A stretch of DNA of 64,000 bases from Octopus bimaculoides (taxonomy: Eukaryota). Each line of letters opens with the position of its first letter. The stretch's first letter is position 1. Shown here in pieces: positions 37,864 to 51,008 of this stretch. The DNA is taken from contig NC_068982.1 of NCBI RefSeq assembly GCF_001194135.2, forward strand, positions 78,765,237 to 78,829,236, in the 5' to 3' direction. The position numbers and the translations under genes are program-made. The notes beneath the pieces are model-generated. The model was given only the letters and a program-made list of their open reading frames with translations, was not told the origin of the DNA and searched no databases.

Positions 37864-38270
37864 CATCAGCATCATCATTATTGTTTTAACATCCACTTTA
37901 CAATGCTTGCATGGGTTAAATGAAATTTACTGAGGCAAATTTTCTGCAGCTGGATGCACTTTGTGTCACCAACCCTAACCTGTTTTCAAGTAAAGTAATA
38001 TTCTCTCCCCGATCTTTAGAACACAATCAGTACAATGACTGGACATGATTTCTCAAAAGACTGCAAAACAAATGACACCATTTGCATGATGGTGATATTT
38101 GTATACAACCAGCATACTCAAGTCATAGAGACTCACATATGCACATCAGGCTTCTTACAGTTTCTGTCTACCAGATCCACTCACAATGCTTTGGTTAGCC
38201 AGGTAAGAGACACTTATCACACAGTTGACCTAATATCACATGGTTGGGAAGTGGTTAATAATAACCATGT
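37864..38270 (-). mobile_element. tRNA/CORE-type SINE
   Basis: catcatcatt...ttaacatccact...gcttgcatggg tail; ggcttcttacagtttctgtctacc core. Confidence 0.8.
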
Positions 38271-38350
38271 TCATATGCTGTTTTTTTTTTCTCTTGGTTC
38301 ATATTTTGTGTAATAATTAAATTTCCAGTGTAAACATCTGTAAAACTTTC

Positions 38351-38830
38351 ATCATCATCACCACCACCATCATTATCATTTAGCATCTGTTTTCCATACT
38401 GGCATGGTTTACATGATTTGACAGGATCAGATGAGCTGCAGAACTGCATTGAGCTCCAATGTTAGTTTTGGCATGATTCCTACGACCAAATGCCCTTCCT
38501 AATGCCAACCACTTTACAGCATATACTGGGTGCTTTTTTTTTTATGGTGCCAGCATTAATGAGGTTATCTAGTAACTAAGAAAACAAAAAAAAAAAAATT
38601 CATCTGAGTGTGTGTGTATTTAAGAGAGGTGGAGGTGGCTCTATGCCAAGTTTTGAAAGGCTAAAGTATGATAGAGATAAGCACAGGTGTCTTGCTACTG
38701 CATTATATAAGAGTGGACCCAAGGTACCAGGTGAGTATAACAGAGAGAATACAGACAATGGTAGGGGAGGGGTAATTTCATAAAAATGTGAGTGGAGAGT
38801 GACAGATGGTTACAATGGTAAACAAAATGA
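38351..38830 (-). mobile_element. Family B retro-element copy
   Basis: (ATC/ACC)n tail, RTE-type tail motifs, body shared with 5750-6207 and 41277-41640. Confidence 0.7.
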
Positions 38831-39078
38831 AATATTTGTAGATTACAATTTAACAGACTAATTGGGTCCTATTTCTACTGAAAGAAATGTGGAGAAAAAC
38901 TTCTTTTTAGAATTTTCTGCTTCATTCTTTATCTAGAATTGCTTCTTCATCACTATTAGTATTAGTGTCTGAGTCAATAAACAAGCACTGCTGCCAGAAA
39001 GGAATATATTGGATTTGTTGTCAACCATATTATTACTTCTTCCCCATTCCCACTTGCTGCAGCTGCTTCTTGCTTTAA

Positions 39079-39297
39079 CCCTTTAGCACTCGTATTACTC
39101 TGCCAAATGTAATGCTTATTTATTCACATTGTTTTGAATTAATCATGCATTATCTCATAGCTTTGAGATTTCAATGATGTGATTATATATTTTTAGAATG
39201 ACATTGTATGGTAGATGTAAGAGCCAGGTTTTGACAGTTTGAATATAAAAGAGGTAGAATATTTAGGCCAGATATGACTGGTTTGAATACTAAAGGG
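39079..39297. mobile_element. piggyBac-type MITE family 1, best copy (219 bp)
   Basis: TTAA|CCCTTTAGCA...TACTAAAGGG|TTAA; TTAA at 39075-39078 and 39298-39301. Confidence 0.9.
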
Positions 39298-39338
39298 TTA
39301 AAAATCCTTCAGATTTATTTTCTACTTTATCCATTTAA

Positions 39339-39545
39339 CCCTTTCATTACCAGATTTTCAATGAAATACACTGCCTTGTTTCAATTCATTTTGAAAATAA
39401 TGGAGAATTTAGTAAAATAATATTTTCATTATTATGATGATGTTTGGTGCATAAATTAAAACAAAATTTTGATGCAAGTTTTTTTTTAATTTAGATCAAA
39501 TTAACCCTTTTGATACCATATTTCTGTTGATATACACTACCTCTG
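39339..39545. mobile_element. piggyBac-type MITE family 2, partial copy followed by the start of a second copy at 39505
   Basis: TTAA|CCCTTTCATTACC at 39335 and TTAA|CCCTTTTGATACC at 39501; similar to the reverse complement of 56084-56230. Confidence 0.8.
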
Positions 39546-39817
39546 GTGGAAGTAGGTGTGGGTCAAGCTGGTAAAATATATATGATCACCAGTTGAACTC
39601 TTATTAATGAAGTTTCTGGTGTTTCTAGGTGCTGTTTTATTGTTTTCAATGATGTTATATTGGATCTACTGTGAAATTTTAAAATATATTTTGTTTTAAA
39701 TGATCTATAAAAATATTCAAATGCTGGGTTAAATGGATTTAAATACTGATTTCAACAGAAACATAGTTTTGAATTATTTATTGAATTAAAAAATAATTAA
39801 GATTGGTTAATAATTCA

Positions 39818-40077
39818 GACAAATGTGGTAATGTGGTAAGAAGTTTGCTTCTTAACAGTATGGTTTCACCTTGAGTAGGTGTCTTCTACTATAGCCCAGG
39901 ACCAACCAAAGCCTTGTTGATGGAAAATGAAAAAAGCCTGTCATCTGTCTATGTGTGTGTGTGTGTGTGCGTGTGTGTGCTCCAGGAAGGGCATCCAACT
40001 GTTAAAAAATATGTACCTCAATAAATTCCACCTGACTCTTGCAAGCATGGAAAAATTGATGCTGAAATGATGATGAT
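39818..40077 (+). mobile_element. tRNA/CORE-type SINE with internal deletions
   Basis: gtggtaagaagtttgc head, (TG)n, caggaagggcatccaactg tail, (GAT)n end. Confidence 0.8.
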
Positions 40078-40496
40078 TAAAAAATCGACAATAAAACTTG
40101 AGACAAACTAAAAATATTTAAGAAAAAATCTTATATATTAGTTATAAATTCAAAGTTGTTTTTCTGTAGATAACCTATAGCATTTTTGATTGTTCAGTAG
40201 AGTTGTCACAATTTACTTTTCTTTTCCTCTTGCTCTGGTATATTTATTGCCTTTGAATTTTTAAATAGAAATCATAAAATGCTATACTGATTACAAGTTG
40301 TTTTAGGTGTCTCAACTAGACATCCACCCTGTCTCCTCCTGCCCCAAATTAAAAAAACAACTATCTCGTACTTACGTTGCATTTAACTCTTAATCAAACT
40401 CAAATAAATAGATAATTCCAATGTATCAGAAATATATATTTTCTTAAATGTTTTTTATGTAGTAAATTCATTGCAGCATTTTAACCACATAACTGT

Positions 40497-40913
40497 GCCT
40501 GCACATAGTTGTGTGGTTAACAAGTTTGCTTTGCAACCATGTGGTTTTGAGTTCAGTGCCATTGTGTGGCACCTTGATCAAGTGTCTTTGACTACAGTCC
40601 AGGCTGACCAAAGCCTTATGATTGGATTTGACAGATAGAAACAGAAAGGAGCCTCTCATATATATATATATAATGTGTGTGTGTCGGTGTGAGTGTATGT
40701 ATGTCTTCTTGTTTTGTCATTCTGTGGTAGTTTTAAATGAGTGACACTGTCTTATAAGTGATATCATTCATGTCCAGTCATGGGGAAATATTACTTTGCT
40801 TGGAAATAAGTGTGAGTTAGCAATAGGCAGGGCATTCAGCTGTAGAAATCTGCCTCAAAGTCCTACTGATTCATGCAAGCATGGAAAAGTGGATGATAAA
40901 ATGAAGAAGATAT
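40497..40913 (+). mobile_element. tRNA/CORE-type SINE, near full length
   Basis: gtgtggttaacaagtttgc head, ggcaccttgatcaagtgtc core, gcatggaaaagtggatg tail. Confidence 0.85.
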
Positions 40914-41276
40914 GATTATAATTTTCTGTAATTTCATTGGTGTCTTTGCAATAAAAGAAATAGTGAAGTGTCAAATTAGCTTCTTTTGCTTATACTGCTT
41001 ATTCCAATTTGGAATAATGGACGGCCAATTATACATGCCTGTTAAAGCTTATATCAAGTTGTTAATTATTTCAGACGGTTATTATGACTTCAGTTTTTAA
41101 AAGGAAAACATAACTGAATGTGTATTTTGAAGGATTGAGGGCTTAATAAATAAAATTTACCAGAGATATGAATGACAAATGAATTTCACTCACACTCAAA
41201 TAATAGTTTTCACACATGAGCATTTTGAAACTTCGCATTGTTGTTCTTAATTTATTTAATCATTTCAAGAAGATAT

Positions 41277-41640
41277 TCATCATCACCATTATCATTGCAT
41301 GTGCATTTTCCATGCCTGTATGGGTTGGATGGCTTGACAGGATCGAGCAAGCCAGAGGACTATGTGAAGCTTCAATGTCTGCTTTGGTATGGATTCTACT
41401 GCTAGATACCTTATCTAATGCCAGCTACTTTACCAACTACTATCTTGAGTTTTTTTTTTTTTTGTGACACCAGCTCTAATGAGGTCACCAGTTTACTAGA
41501 CAAAGGAAAAAAATGTGTGGGGGTTATAGTAGAGGAGAAGGTGGTTTTATGCTAGGTATTGGAGGTGGTAGTGGAGGTTAAAAAGAGAAGGTGATAGATA
41601 GTAGGACAGGAAAAGGAGACAGCTGCAGTATAATAAACCT
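41277..41640 (-). mobile_element. Family B retro-element copy
   Basis: atcatc tail, ttttccatgcctgtatgggttggatgg; body ccagctctaatgaggtcacc similar to 38550. Confidence 0.65.
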
Positions 41641-43829
41641 GTAGATAGATTAGATGATAAGGAGATTTGTTCTCCTTATTCATAGATAGCAGAAAAATTA
41701 GAAAACTGTAACCTCAGCCTTGTTTGGGATTTATGTGTTTTCACATTTTCTGATATATCAACTGTTATGACATCCGTTAACTTCAGGTTCAGATTACTTC
41801 TTTAATGTTGACTAATTGTTGTTGTTAGGAAGTGCAACTTAACTCTGATCATGACCTAATTTTTGTACTGGAAAAGTTAAATACTTAAATGTGAACCAGA
41901 AACTCAATATAATTAGTATAGACAACTTGTATTTCCTGCTACATAAAACAACATTTTCCTCTTAAATATATCCTTTAAAAAGAAAAGTGATACTGTTAGG
42001 TATATGCTGATTGGTAGGTTGGGGTAGATCTAGAAGATTGAGAAAGAGAGGGAGAGACAGAAATGATCCATAAGAAAAATAATTTGCTTCTTTTCTTTTT
42101 TTTTTCATTTAATTTATCTGTATTGTGTTGGGTTAGTTGGTGATGGACTTTGTCTTCCACTTCTGTTTTTATCCCCTGAAGCCTGTATGCAATAAAAGTT
42201 ATGCCTAGAAAAAAATTAACATTTTTCAAGAACACAACAGATCCAAACTTGTGGTTTTCAGTAATGGCTTGTGCCAATAAATAGTAAATATATAGATGAT
42301 GTTTCAGAAAAACTTCTCATTTTATACAACCTTTTATGTGATACTAGTGATGTTAGGCAGGTGACACTGGTGTCTTCATGGAGTTGATGTTTTACCGTCT
42401 CCACACCACCAGTTACCATCATGGTTTAAACTGGTTCACATTCTGTGTTTGTTGTTGAAATGTGTTTTCAACCTGTAAAATGTGGGAGGTTTATTTATTT
42501 ATTTATTTTTTTTGCCACACCCTGTATTACTTTACAACTATTGTATACGGGGGGGGGGGATATGACATATTTATAGCCTCTGTAAATTACAGCTTGTCAT
42601 AATGACATTGCTAAGTTGCTTGAAATATTAGAAAGTTAAATCTTGAACTGTTTTTCCATTTTAGTTCTTGTTCATTTCTGTCTACATTCAAACAAATTTT
42701 GGTTGAGATTGTTTTGAAAATTTAGATATCAGCTTTTATGTTTACTTTTCCAAGCTGAAATGGGTTGGACAGGTCATCATGAATTTAGTTAGTTCTTATG
42801 TCAAGTCACTTCCCTGAGATAGATCAGTGACCAGGATTTGTTTGCACGTTACATTTTTGGTGTGGCTTCTATGGCTGTTGTGTAAAGGGTACATATTATT
42901 ATGATGATAATGTTAACACTGAAGAGATTGCTTGTCCTCAGGAAGGCAAAATAGTCTTCTCTACCCTATATTGTTTCTGTTCATTCATTCACTAGAGGGT
43001 TGTATTGTCCCTTGTAAGACTGAAGGGAGTCCTGTCTTCTTCATCATTCCATTTTTCTTATGCAGCTAAGGGAGGAGGAAAGCAAGCTAGAGTAAGAAAT
43101 AACATTAGAGAGACTATTGAGAAGGGGAGACAAAAGTAAGAGTGCAATGCAGCTATATAAAGGTTGTTGGTAAAGTGATTGTATAGAAGAAATATGATCA
43201 GGAGGAAAATAGAAGAAAGGGTAATGGAAGAGAGAGAGAAAGTCAAAAGATAGATATATGATTATTGCTAGTAAGAGATTAAATAGAAATAGCATACGTG
43301 TTGAGAGAGGGATAGGAGGGAGTTGGAGTAATATGAGTAGGAGTACTGGAGGTCAGACAATAGGGGAGAAAGAGAGAATGACAGATGTCAATAGGTGAGT
43401 GATAGAGGCAGGAGTAATGTTAGATAATAGGAGATAGTATGAAAATAGGTCATGAAAAAAATGGGATTTGGTTAACAGTAAAGGGGTGTGATGGTAAGAG
43501 TTTAGGATTGAATAAGGACATACCTAATGTGATAATGTTCCATGTTATACAGGTTGCAAGAGTGTCGAGAGGAAGTGAGTTGTTACAAATAGGAGTAAAA
43601 GTCATGAATAGTGAGAAGGCTGGAGAAGTGGTTGATAGTAGATGTGTGTGTGGTAGGGTGAAGTAATAAGAATGAGGGATGGATGTGAGGATCAGAGGAG
43701 AGAAAGTGATAAGTGTTAGTGCAGAAATGGTGGAAAGCAGCAGAATAATGTTTGGCATGTGTGCACATGGTGTGTAAGATATTTGAGGAAAGATTCATGT
43801 TTATAAAAAAAAACATATATAATACCAGA

Positions 43830-45072
43830 TAATAACTTTATTTATCAAAAAATGCTATGAGGATAAAAATAAACCTTCTTTTCTATAATGTTATTCAATA
43901 AAGCCACCTTCAGCTTCAACAACTGCTTCTATATGAGATCTAAATCATCTACATACTCGAATCAAGTGNNNNNNNNNNCTTCAACAACTGCTTCTATATG
44001 AGATCTAAATCATCTACATACTCGAATCAAGTGGTCCTGGTTCATTTTGGACATTACTCTGACTATGACAGCTTTCAAAGAATCTTTGGTGTTATGGGTG
44101 TGTTCATTGACCTCTCTCTGTCGACAATGTTCCACATGTAATAGTCCAATGGATTGAGATCTGGGGAATTAGGAGACCAAATGTTAAGGGTTATGTGACC
44201 ATGAAAATTTTCAGCCATCCATTCCTGTGTTAATAGAGCCATGTATGATAGTGCAGAGTCTTACTGAAACACACATGGCCTTCCATTGCATACACTGTCT
44301 ATCCAGGGACTTAACAATTATTTCCAGGGCCTCAATGTAGGCTGCAGAGTTAACTGTAAGGCCTTGTGGAGAGAAGTAAGGAGGCATCACATGTCCTTCA
44401 TTGCTGGTAACCCCTAAAATCATGACAATTGTAGGAAATTTTGTATGCATAACACTTGGAACTTCAGAAGGGTCTGCACATAACCATCTGTCATTTCTTC
44501 TGTTAACTTTTTGATCTTGGTCGAAGTTTTTCTTGTTTGTGAAAAACCAAGTCAAATCTTCTGCTGGATTTTTCAGTTTGTTTAAGAGCCTTTTAGATCT
44601 GATGTAGTGATTTTCTTTTGCCTTTTCTGACAAATTGACCTTTCCTCATCATGTAAGACTTATATCTCATGTCTTTGTGGACATTCCTTCTGAAACATGG
44701 CAATTGACCTCATGGACTTTCTGGTATTGTAATCAATGGTCTGTTGAACTTGCTGGATAATTCCAGGTGTTCTGATGATTTCAGAGCATTTAGAATGCTT
44801 TTTATGCTTTGATACTGGTGATACATTTCTATCTTCAGTCTCTAGCCCCTTACAAACTTTGTAGACGAAAGATCTGGCAACTTTTAAAAATCGAGATATT
44901 TCTAAATTGCTATGTTCAGCCTTTATAACCACAATAACAGCATGTCTCTTCATTTCTTGAGTAAGCTGAGGATCTGTCATTATTATTTTCTGAAACAAAG
45001 ATTATACAGAGTTAGCAAAAAATGCAGCAATGACCCAAAAAAGATATGTCTTCAAATACCTTATGCACCCTG
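43830..45072 (-). mobile_element. maT (DD37D) transposon, near full length, inactivated
   Basis: Terminus CAGGGTGCA at 45072 with TA at 45073-45074; HTH region (EMKRHAVIV...EISRFLKVARSFVYKV); WFFTNKKNF; Q*DSA...WSPNSPDLNPLD with 37 residues between the second and third Asp. The other TIR is not recognisable. Confidence 0.9.
43969..43978. other. Assembly gap (10 N) with 55 bp duplicated on both sides
   Basis: 43914-43968 is identical to 43979-44033. Confidence 0.95.
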
Positions 45073-46508
45073 TACATATCTAAATTGATGTACCTGACAG
45101 AACAATATAGAGAAAGCAAATGAGACAGACAGGGAACTCAGGATCATATTTGTGTGTGTGTGTGTGTTTATGTGTATGTGTGTATTCTTTTCATTGCATG
45201 TGTGTCCATAAAGAGGCTGTGAAAGCAAGCATGAGAACAGAACATGAAGATGCAAGACCATATTATCCAGTGTATCTTTTAATAATGACAGGATGTGACA
45301 TGAGGAGCAAAGCTGTAAATATCTAGTCTGTATATCAGGCAGTGTTTTTTTATCTTGTTAAATTGATTCTAAAACATCTTAAATTATTCCTAAAACCTTC
45401 AATTTCTGTTAGACTGCTTCAATTTCTACATCTGAAGTGATTATACCTCACAGAAAATCTATTCCTCCTTCAGCAACACCCTTAGAACAGGTGAAATCAG
45501 TTCTACAGATCAGGTTACTTAATAATTTCCACTTAATGTACTTTGACATTTGAGAATTAACTATTTTGGCTGTCAATGTAATTAATATAACATCAGAAAT
45601 GTGACATGACCTTTGAAACATTTCATCGTTGGATTCATACTTTGCCAACTTGGCCAGCTGTGGGCCTCAATTTTTCATTTTGATCAACGAACTTTAATTC
45701 TAATTTTTGTTGAGAGTTGGAAAACATGTTTTGTTTTAATCATTATCCTTGTAGAGCAGCACAATGAGCTTAAATGCTTTCCTTGAGCCACACACACATA
45801 CACATGCACGCACACACGCTCTCGCATGTGACTAGCTTTCTTTTAAATATCATTTTCTTGAAAGAACCTTGTATGTATTATCAATAACCTATACTGTTCG
45901 CTCTCTCTTTCTCTCAACTTTCTCCCCACTCTTCTCTCTCTCTTACAAAATGCATTTGATTTGTCAAAATTCAATATTATATTGAGTGTTATGGCATTTT
46001 GGCAGACTTGGCAGTGACTAAAGCTATTTGTAGATACTGTGATATGCTGCTATGGATGACTAGAAATTCTAGTCAGTTCTGCTTGCAATTTCAATAGCTA
46101 GATCAAGAAATAACTGAATAAAATATTGAGTGCTTAAGCAAATGAAGCTAAGTCAGTCAAAATGTAGAGCAGTGAGAATCCTGACTTATCTTATTGTTAA
46201 CACTTCTCTTATTATCTTAATCTACTATGGAAATTTTATGTGAGGAGTGCATGTGTCTCAACATGCTGTGAGTGTAACCCAAAATAGAATTGTTGGAGTG
46301 ATGCACATTGAATTTGGTTCTAATTAATTGAGATCTGTTGAATTTTTTTAAGGAATTTCAGAGTATTGCCGGTTTGCTATTTAACACATGGTTTCTATTG
46401 AAGCCTGTTTAGAAATTAATGTTGTATAATCATCATTACCATTGTCATCAATGCATTTTTCATTGCCACCTCTATTTTGATGTTCGATTTTTTTTCATGT
46501 TATGATTA

Positions 46509-46910
46509 GGTACAGGCATGGCTGTGTAGTAAGAAGTTTGCTTCCTTATCATATGGTTTTAGGTTCAGTCCCACTGTTTGGCACCTTAGGCAAGTGTATT
46601 CTACTATAACCTCAGACAGAGCAAGGCCTTGTGAGTGGATTTGGTAGAATGAAACTTAGCCTACCATATATGAGTATGTGTATTTGTGCTTCCTTGACAT
46701 TATATGATAGTTGTAAATAAGTGTCACTGTCATGAAAGCATCACATGATCTTCTGTGAAAATATATCCAGCCATGGGGGAAATATTACATTACTGGAAAC
46801 TGAAGTTTGGTGACAGGATGGGCATCTGACCATAGAAAATCAGCCTCATCAAATTCCATCTGACCTATGTAAGCATGAAAAGGTGTCATTAAAATTACAA
46901 TGATGATGAT
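46509..46910 (+). mobile_element. tRNA/CORE-type SINE, full length
   Basis: ggtacaggcatggctgtgtagtaagaag, ggttcagtccc, ggcaccttaggcaagtg, tail ending (GAT)n. Confidence 0.9.
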
Positions 46911-49900
46911 AAATTAGTATTTATCCAGTTGATAATACCATGCCTCCCCTTTCACCTCTCCGTACATTGGCTGAAACACATAATCATTAGATATGAGCCC
47001 CATCACTTCTTATGTACACCTTGATTTATCTACATTTAACTCACTGCACCTTCTCACCCAATATATATCATATATAATTCTTGCACATATAACATCAATT
47101 ACCTTTGCTTTGCATGTAGAAATCAACCAATATATCTGATGACACCTCTGCTGCTTCCTTATTGCAGAAGCATTTAATTTTAGTTATGTATCCAACAGAT
47201 CCAACTCAATTTCTTCTTCTGTTGCTGCTGCTATTATGAATTCAGTTGCAATAGATATCACTTTTTGGTTTATCTCTAAATATTTATAAAACTATCAGTT
47301 TATCACTGTGATAAATATAAATGAGTAGCTTGTGTATGTAAAAGTCACATTCACTAGTTTGTTTATTGATGAATAAGAACTACTCCAGAAGAGAGATGAC
47401 TGTTCAGTTCTACTTCAACTTTGCCTGCAGTACAAATAGCATGCACCTAATCCAAGTTTGGAACACTAATTGAAATGACACTTTGATGGATGATTTTAAT
47501 TCAAATTTCTTAAAAACCAAAAGATTGTATTATAGAATCAGAAGCAGTCTAGGTAGTTTGGTATCAAATGCCAAGGTTCATCCAATAATATGTAGCAGGA
47601 TGTGTAGGGGTGTTCATATATGGCTTACAGTTGTCTTACATATGGAGTATGTGGTGAAGGCATTAGTGAGGTTCTGTCATTTGCATGGAGAGTGTGCATG
47701 ATGTTTCAATTTTGTTCTCATTTCTGGTGGTGCTTAAGTGTAGTTCAAATGGTGTAATTGGAGTGAATAGTGTTCAATCAGTAGTACTTTTTGGAGTGGC
47801 TAGCCCAATGGATATATGACAAGGGATGATGTATGAGTCAATACTGGTAATAAATTGGTGTATTTTAGTGATCTGAATGGTGGGTGGCTGTTGGATGCTA
47901 TATATGTTTGGTACATGCAATGACGGTGATGGTGTGTGTTAGTAGGGTGGTGTGTTTATGTAGTGTCATGATTGGGAGTGAATGTTGCATGTCATGGTGT
48001 GTAATGTAATTTTTGTAGGATTGTAAGATTTTGGAATGCTTATGAGATAGGATAGGAGAATAAGAGTGTAAGGTATGGATGAGGCAGAAGGGTTCAGCCA
48101 AGTTGAATTTGGAGTTTTTTGCAACAGGTTGAAGACTTTCAGCTTGTGGTATTTTGTGTGTGGGCAAGAAGATAATGTTTTTTCTCTTTTATTATGTTCA
48201 CTGCTAATATCACTATATTTAACTTCTCTGTGGTGCAAAGACTGTATCTGCTACCTTGTGTATTGTACTAATTAGCTTTGTTTATAATGTTCCAGTTATT
48301 AAGTATGTTACTTACTCTGAAGTCCTGTAAGCTCCATACAAATTTAATGGTGTTGAATTGTACTTTATTGCTGAATGAAGTTGTGTGCTGTACAAATCTA
48401 TTTTTGAACATATTTCCTGTTAAACTAGTATAAATTTTTAGTGTTTCATCAACATTGAAAATGGGTCTGTATATCAGACCCTTCTAGAGATATGTATTAT
48501 TTAGAGGATCTACAGTTATGTATCATTTGTGGCAGCATTCTTATTTTTTGCTATGGCCAAATATTTGTGACCTGTATTAAGTATGTAACTATAACTAACT
48601 TCTACTTATTTCTATTTAATATTTTGTGGTATCTGTGTGTTGGTGGGAAGTGGTTGTCAGTTACAATGAAAAATGGCTTAGCTGCATTGGTTGTTATACT
48701 CTGAGGGATTGAACCACAAGATTTTCCTATGTTTGCATCTCCTAGATCTAGGGTAGGTTCAATGTTGGTAACTTGTTTTCTCTTTAAAGCCTGCAATACA
48801 TGTGCCTGTGTATGCCAACTCCATTAATTCAGTAAGAGACAGGCAGAAAGAACTAAAGCAGACCTGGGGTGGGGGTGGGGGGCATGTCATTGATAAGGTT
48901 GCAAATGATGACAAAAAAAAACTTTAACAAACTTGCTGATTGATTGATCAAATGATTAATCAAGCAATTAGTCAATTAGTTAAATGTTAATGAATTGACT
49001 AATGATGATAAAAGAAGTGAAATAGAACCAGTGTGTATGATTATTATTGGCATATTTCCCTTCCCAAGATACAACAAAATTTTGTTAAGTTATATTCTGA
49101 ATATCAATTTAGTTACAAAGAAGGTAGTTATTTTACTAAACACCTTCAAATTCTAAATTATTTTTGAAATTAATTGAAGCTTATAGACTGTGTTTTTCAG
49201 TAGAGGTATTGTCTCAAAAGGCTAAGTCACAGAGGTGTCACTGAGCATTGAATATCTAAATCAAAGTTGACTTCTGTTAGAAGTTGGATTTGTTAATTTT
49301 ACAGTGTGGCCAGTTCTTACCAGTTATGTTGGCGATTTGTGAGTTAAGTATCATGTCCATGAACTCAGAGTAATTGATGTGAACCACTAACTTGTACAAA
49401 TAGCTATGTACTTAATGTAATTTGTTACAATTGAAAACTGCATTTAACTAATTAACTCAAATTTGAAATGACTTTCATTAAATAGCTTTTATGTTTTTTG
49501 GGGTTTTTTTTTCGGTAATAAATTAATTTGATTATCAAACAAAATGTAAGTTGGTAATTTAGTAATCAGTTTGTAAACTAAAAGTTACCATAAAATTTGA
49601 TTTGCTTGTTACTGTTTGAAAGGAAAAATGCTGAATTTAATCTTTTTATATTGATGAGTAGAATATAAAAGGCAGGCAAAGGCTTTTTTTTTTAAATCTG
49701 AGTTGTTTCTTTTTCATTGTTTTAATGGTCATAATTTTCTTTGATTATCATCACCAGTTCATGTATCCAAAATGAATTCTAGCATCAGTTGGTTAGCTCA
49801 CTGTCCAAGTCTTGTCTTATTGGGACCTACTGCTCTAACTGCTCTCATTGACTGGTGATTGTATGTGTCATTTGACTTGGTTTCTACAGCTGGATACCAT

Positions 49901-50438
49901 TCATATTGCCAACACTTCACAGTGTGCATTTTCTTGTAGCACCAACACTAGAGAAGCTGAATAGTCTTTGGCAAGACTGGACTGCAGGGACCTCACAACC
50001 CTATGCATTTTCTACTCATTTACCAGTTAACAGGGAAAGTCCTGTTGTTTATCTTTTTTTGTTCCAAGAAATACCTAGTCAAGTGGTTATATCAATGAAA
50101 TTTCTACTTTGTTTCACATTACAGTTTCTGTCTTGAATAAATAACTTTCTATTTGTAAAATTTTAGCCTGGATTAGATTTTGTCCCAGCTTTGTCATAAG
50201 TTTTGTTTATATCCATTAGAAAATCTCTTGATATAACCCAGTTAGTTGTCAGTCTTTCAAAAGTAAATATAATCTTTGACAAATCTCAATGGTTAAAACC
50301 TTATCATTGTTTTGTTTGTAGAGCCATTGTGGCCTTTAATTCCAGTTTTTATTAGATATGTTAATTTGTCTAATTGGAACATTAAATATAATTAACCATT
50401 AATGTATCTAATATGTAACAATTTTTGCTCTTTTTCAG

Positions 50439-50609
50439 AACAAAGTCGGAGGGACGACTTAGAAGCATTAGGTCATATGTTTATGTACTTTTTAAGGGGC
50501 AGCCTGCCTTGGCAAGGACTTAAAGCAGAAACATTGAAAGAACGATACCAAAGAATTGGAGATACAAAGCGAGCAACGTCTATTGAAATTTTATGTGAAA
50601 ATTTTCCAG
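50439..50609 (+). CDS. CSNK1G: Casein kinase I gamma, internal coding exon (171 nt, phase 1 to 1)
   Basis: tttttcAG|AA CAA AGT...TTT CCA G|GTAATG. Translates (E)[56 protein letters not shown]. Confidence 0.98.
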
Positions 50610-50732
50610 GTAATGAAATTTGTTTCTATCTCCCACCACCCCAGTGGTTTAATAATTGCAATTTCCCCATTAATTAGTTTCTCTACCTACCTCTGTGGGA
50701 AACTATATACTGTAATTGATAATACTTATCAT

Positions 50733-51008
50733 GTGCAGGCATGTCTGTGTGGTTAAGAAGCTTGCTTTGCAATGTGTTCAGTCTCATTGTGCTATACTTT
50801 GGACAAGTGCCTGTTACTATAGACCTGGGTCAACTAATGCCTTGTGGGTGAATTTAGCTGATATAAACTTTGGAAGCCTGTCGTGTGTGTGTACAAACCA
50901 GACTTTAAAAAATAATGCTGACATTGACTTGTTCGACTAAAACCCTTTAAGGCTGTGCCTTAGCATGGTTGCAGTCCAATGACTGAAACAAGTAAATTAT
51001 AAAAGATA
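50733..51008 (+). mobile_element. SINE with the same head and core but a different tail
   Basis: gtgcaggcatgtctgtgtggttaagaag head; tail tagcatggttgcagtccaatgactgaaacaagtaaa also occurs at 29030-29075. Confidence 0.75.

Noticed and set aside
43044-43816. Purine-rich block with several minus-strand ORFs (also 1140-1400, 3230-3720, 47500-48240)
   Set aside because: Composition-driven ORFs; probably very old retroelement debris, but no motif I can support.
43914-44033. Perfect 55-bp tandem duplication in the maT element
   Set aside because: It flanks a 10-N gap exactly, typical of overlapping contig ends left unmerged.
46509-46585. SINE heads as tRNA genes
   Set aside because: A/B-box-like motifs only; no cloverleaf, and always followed by SINE core sequence.
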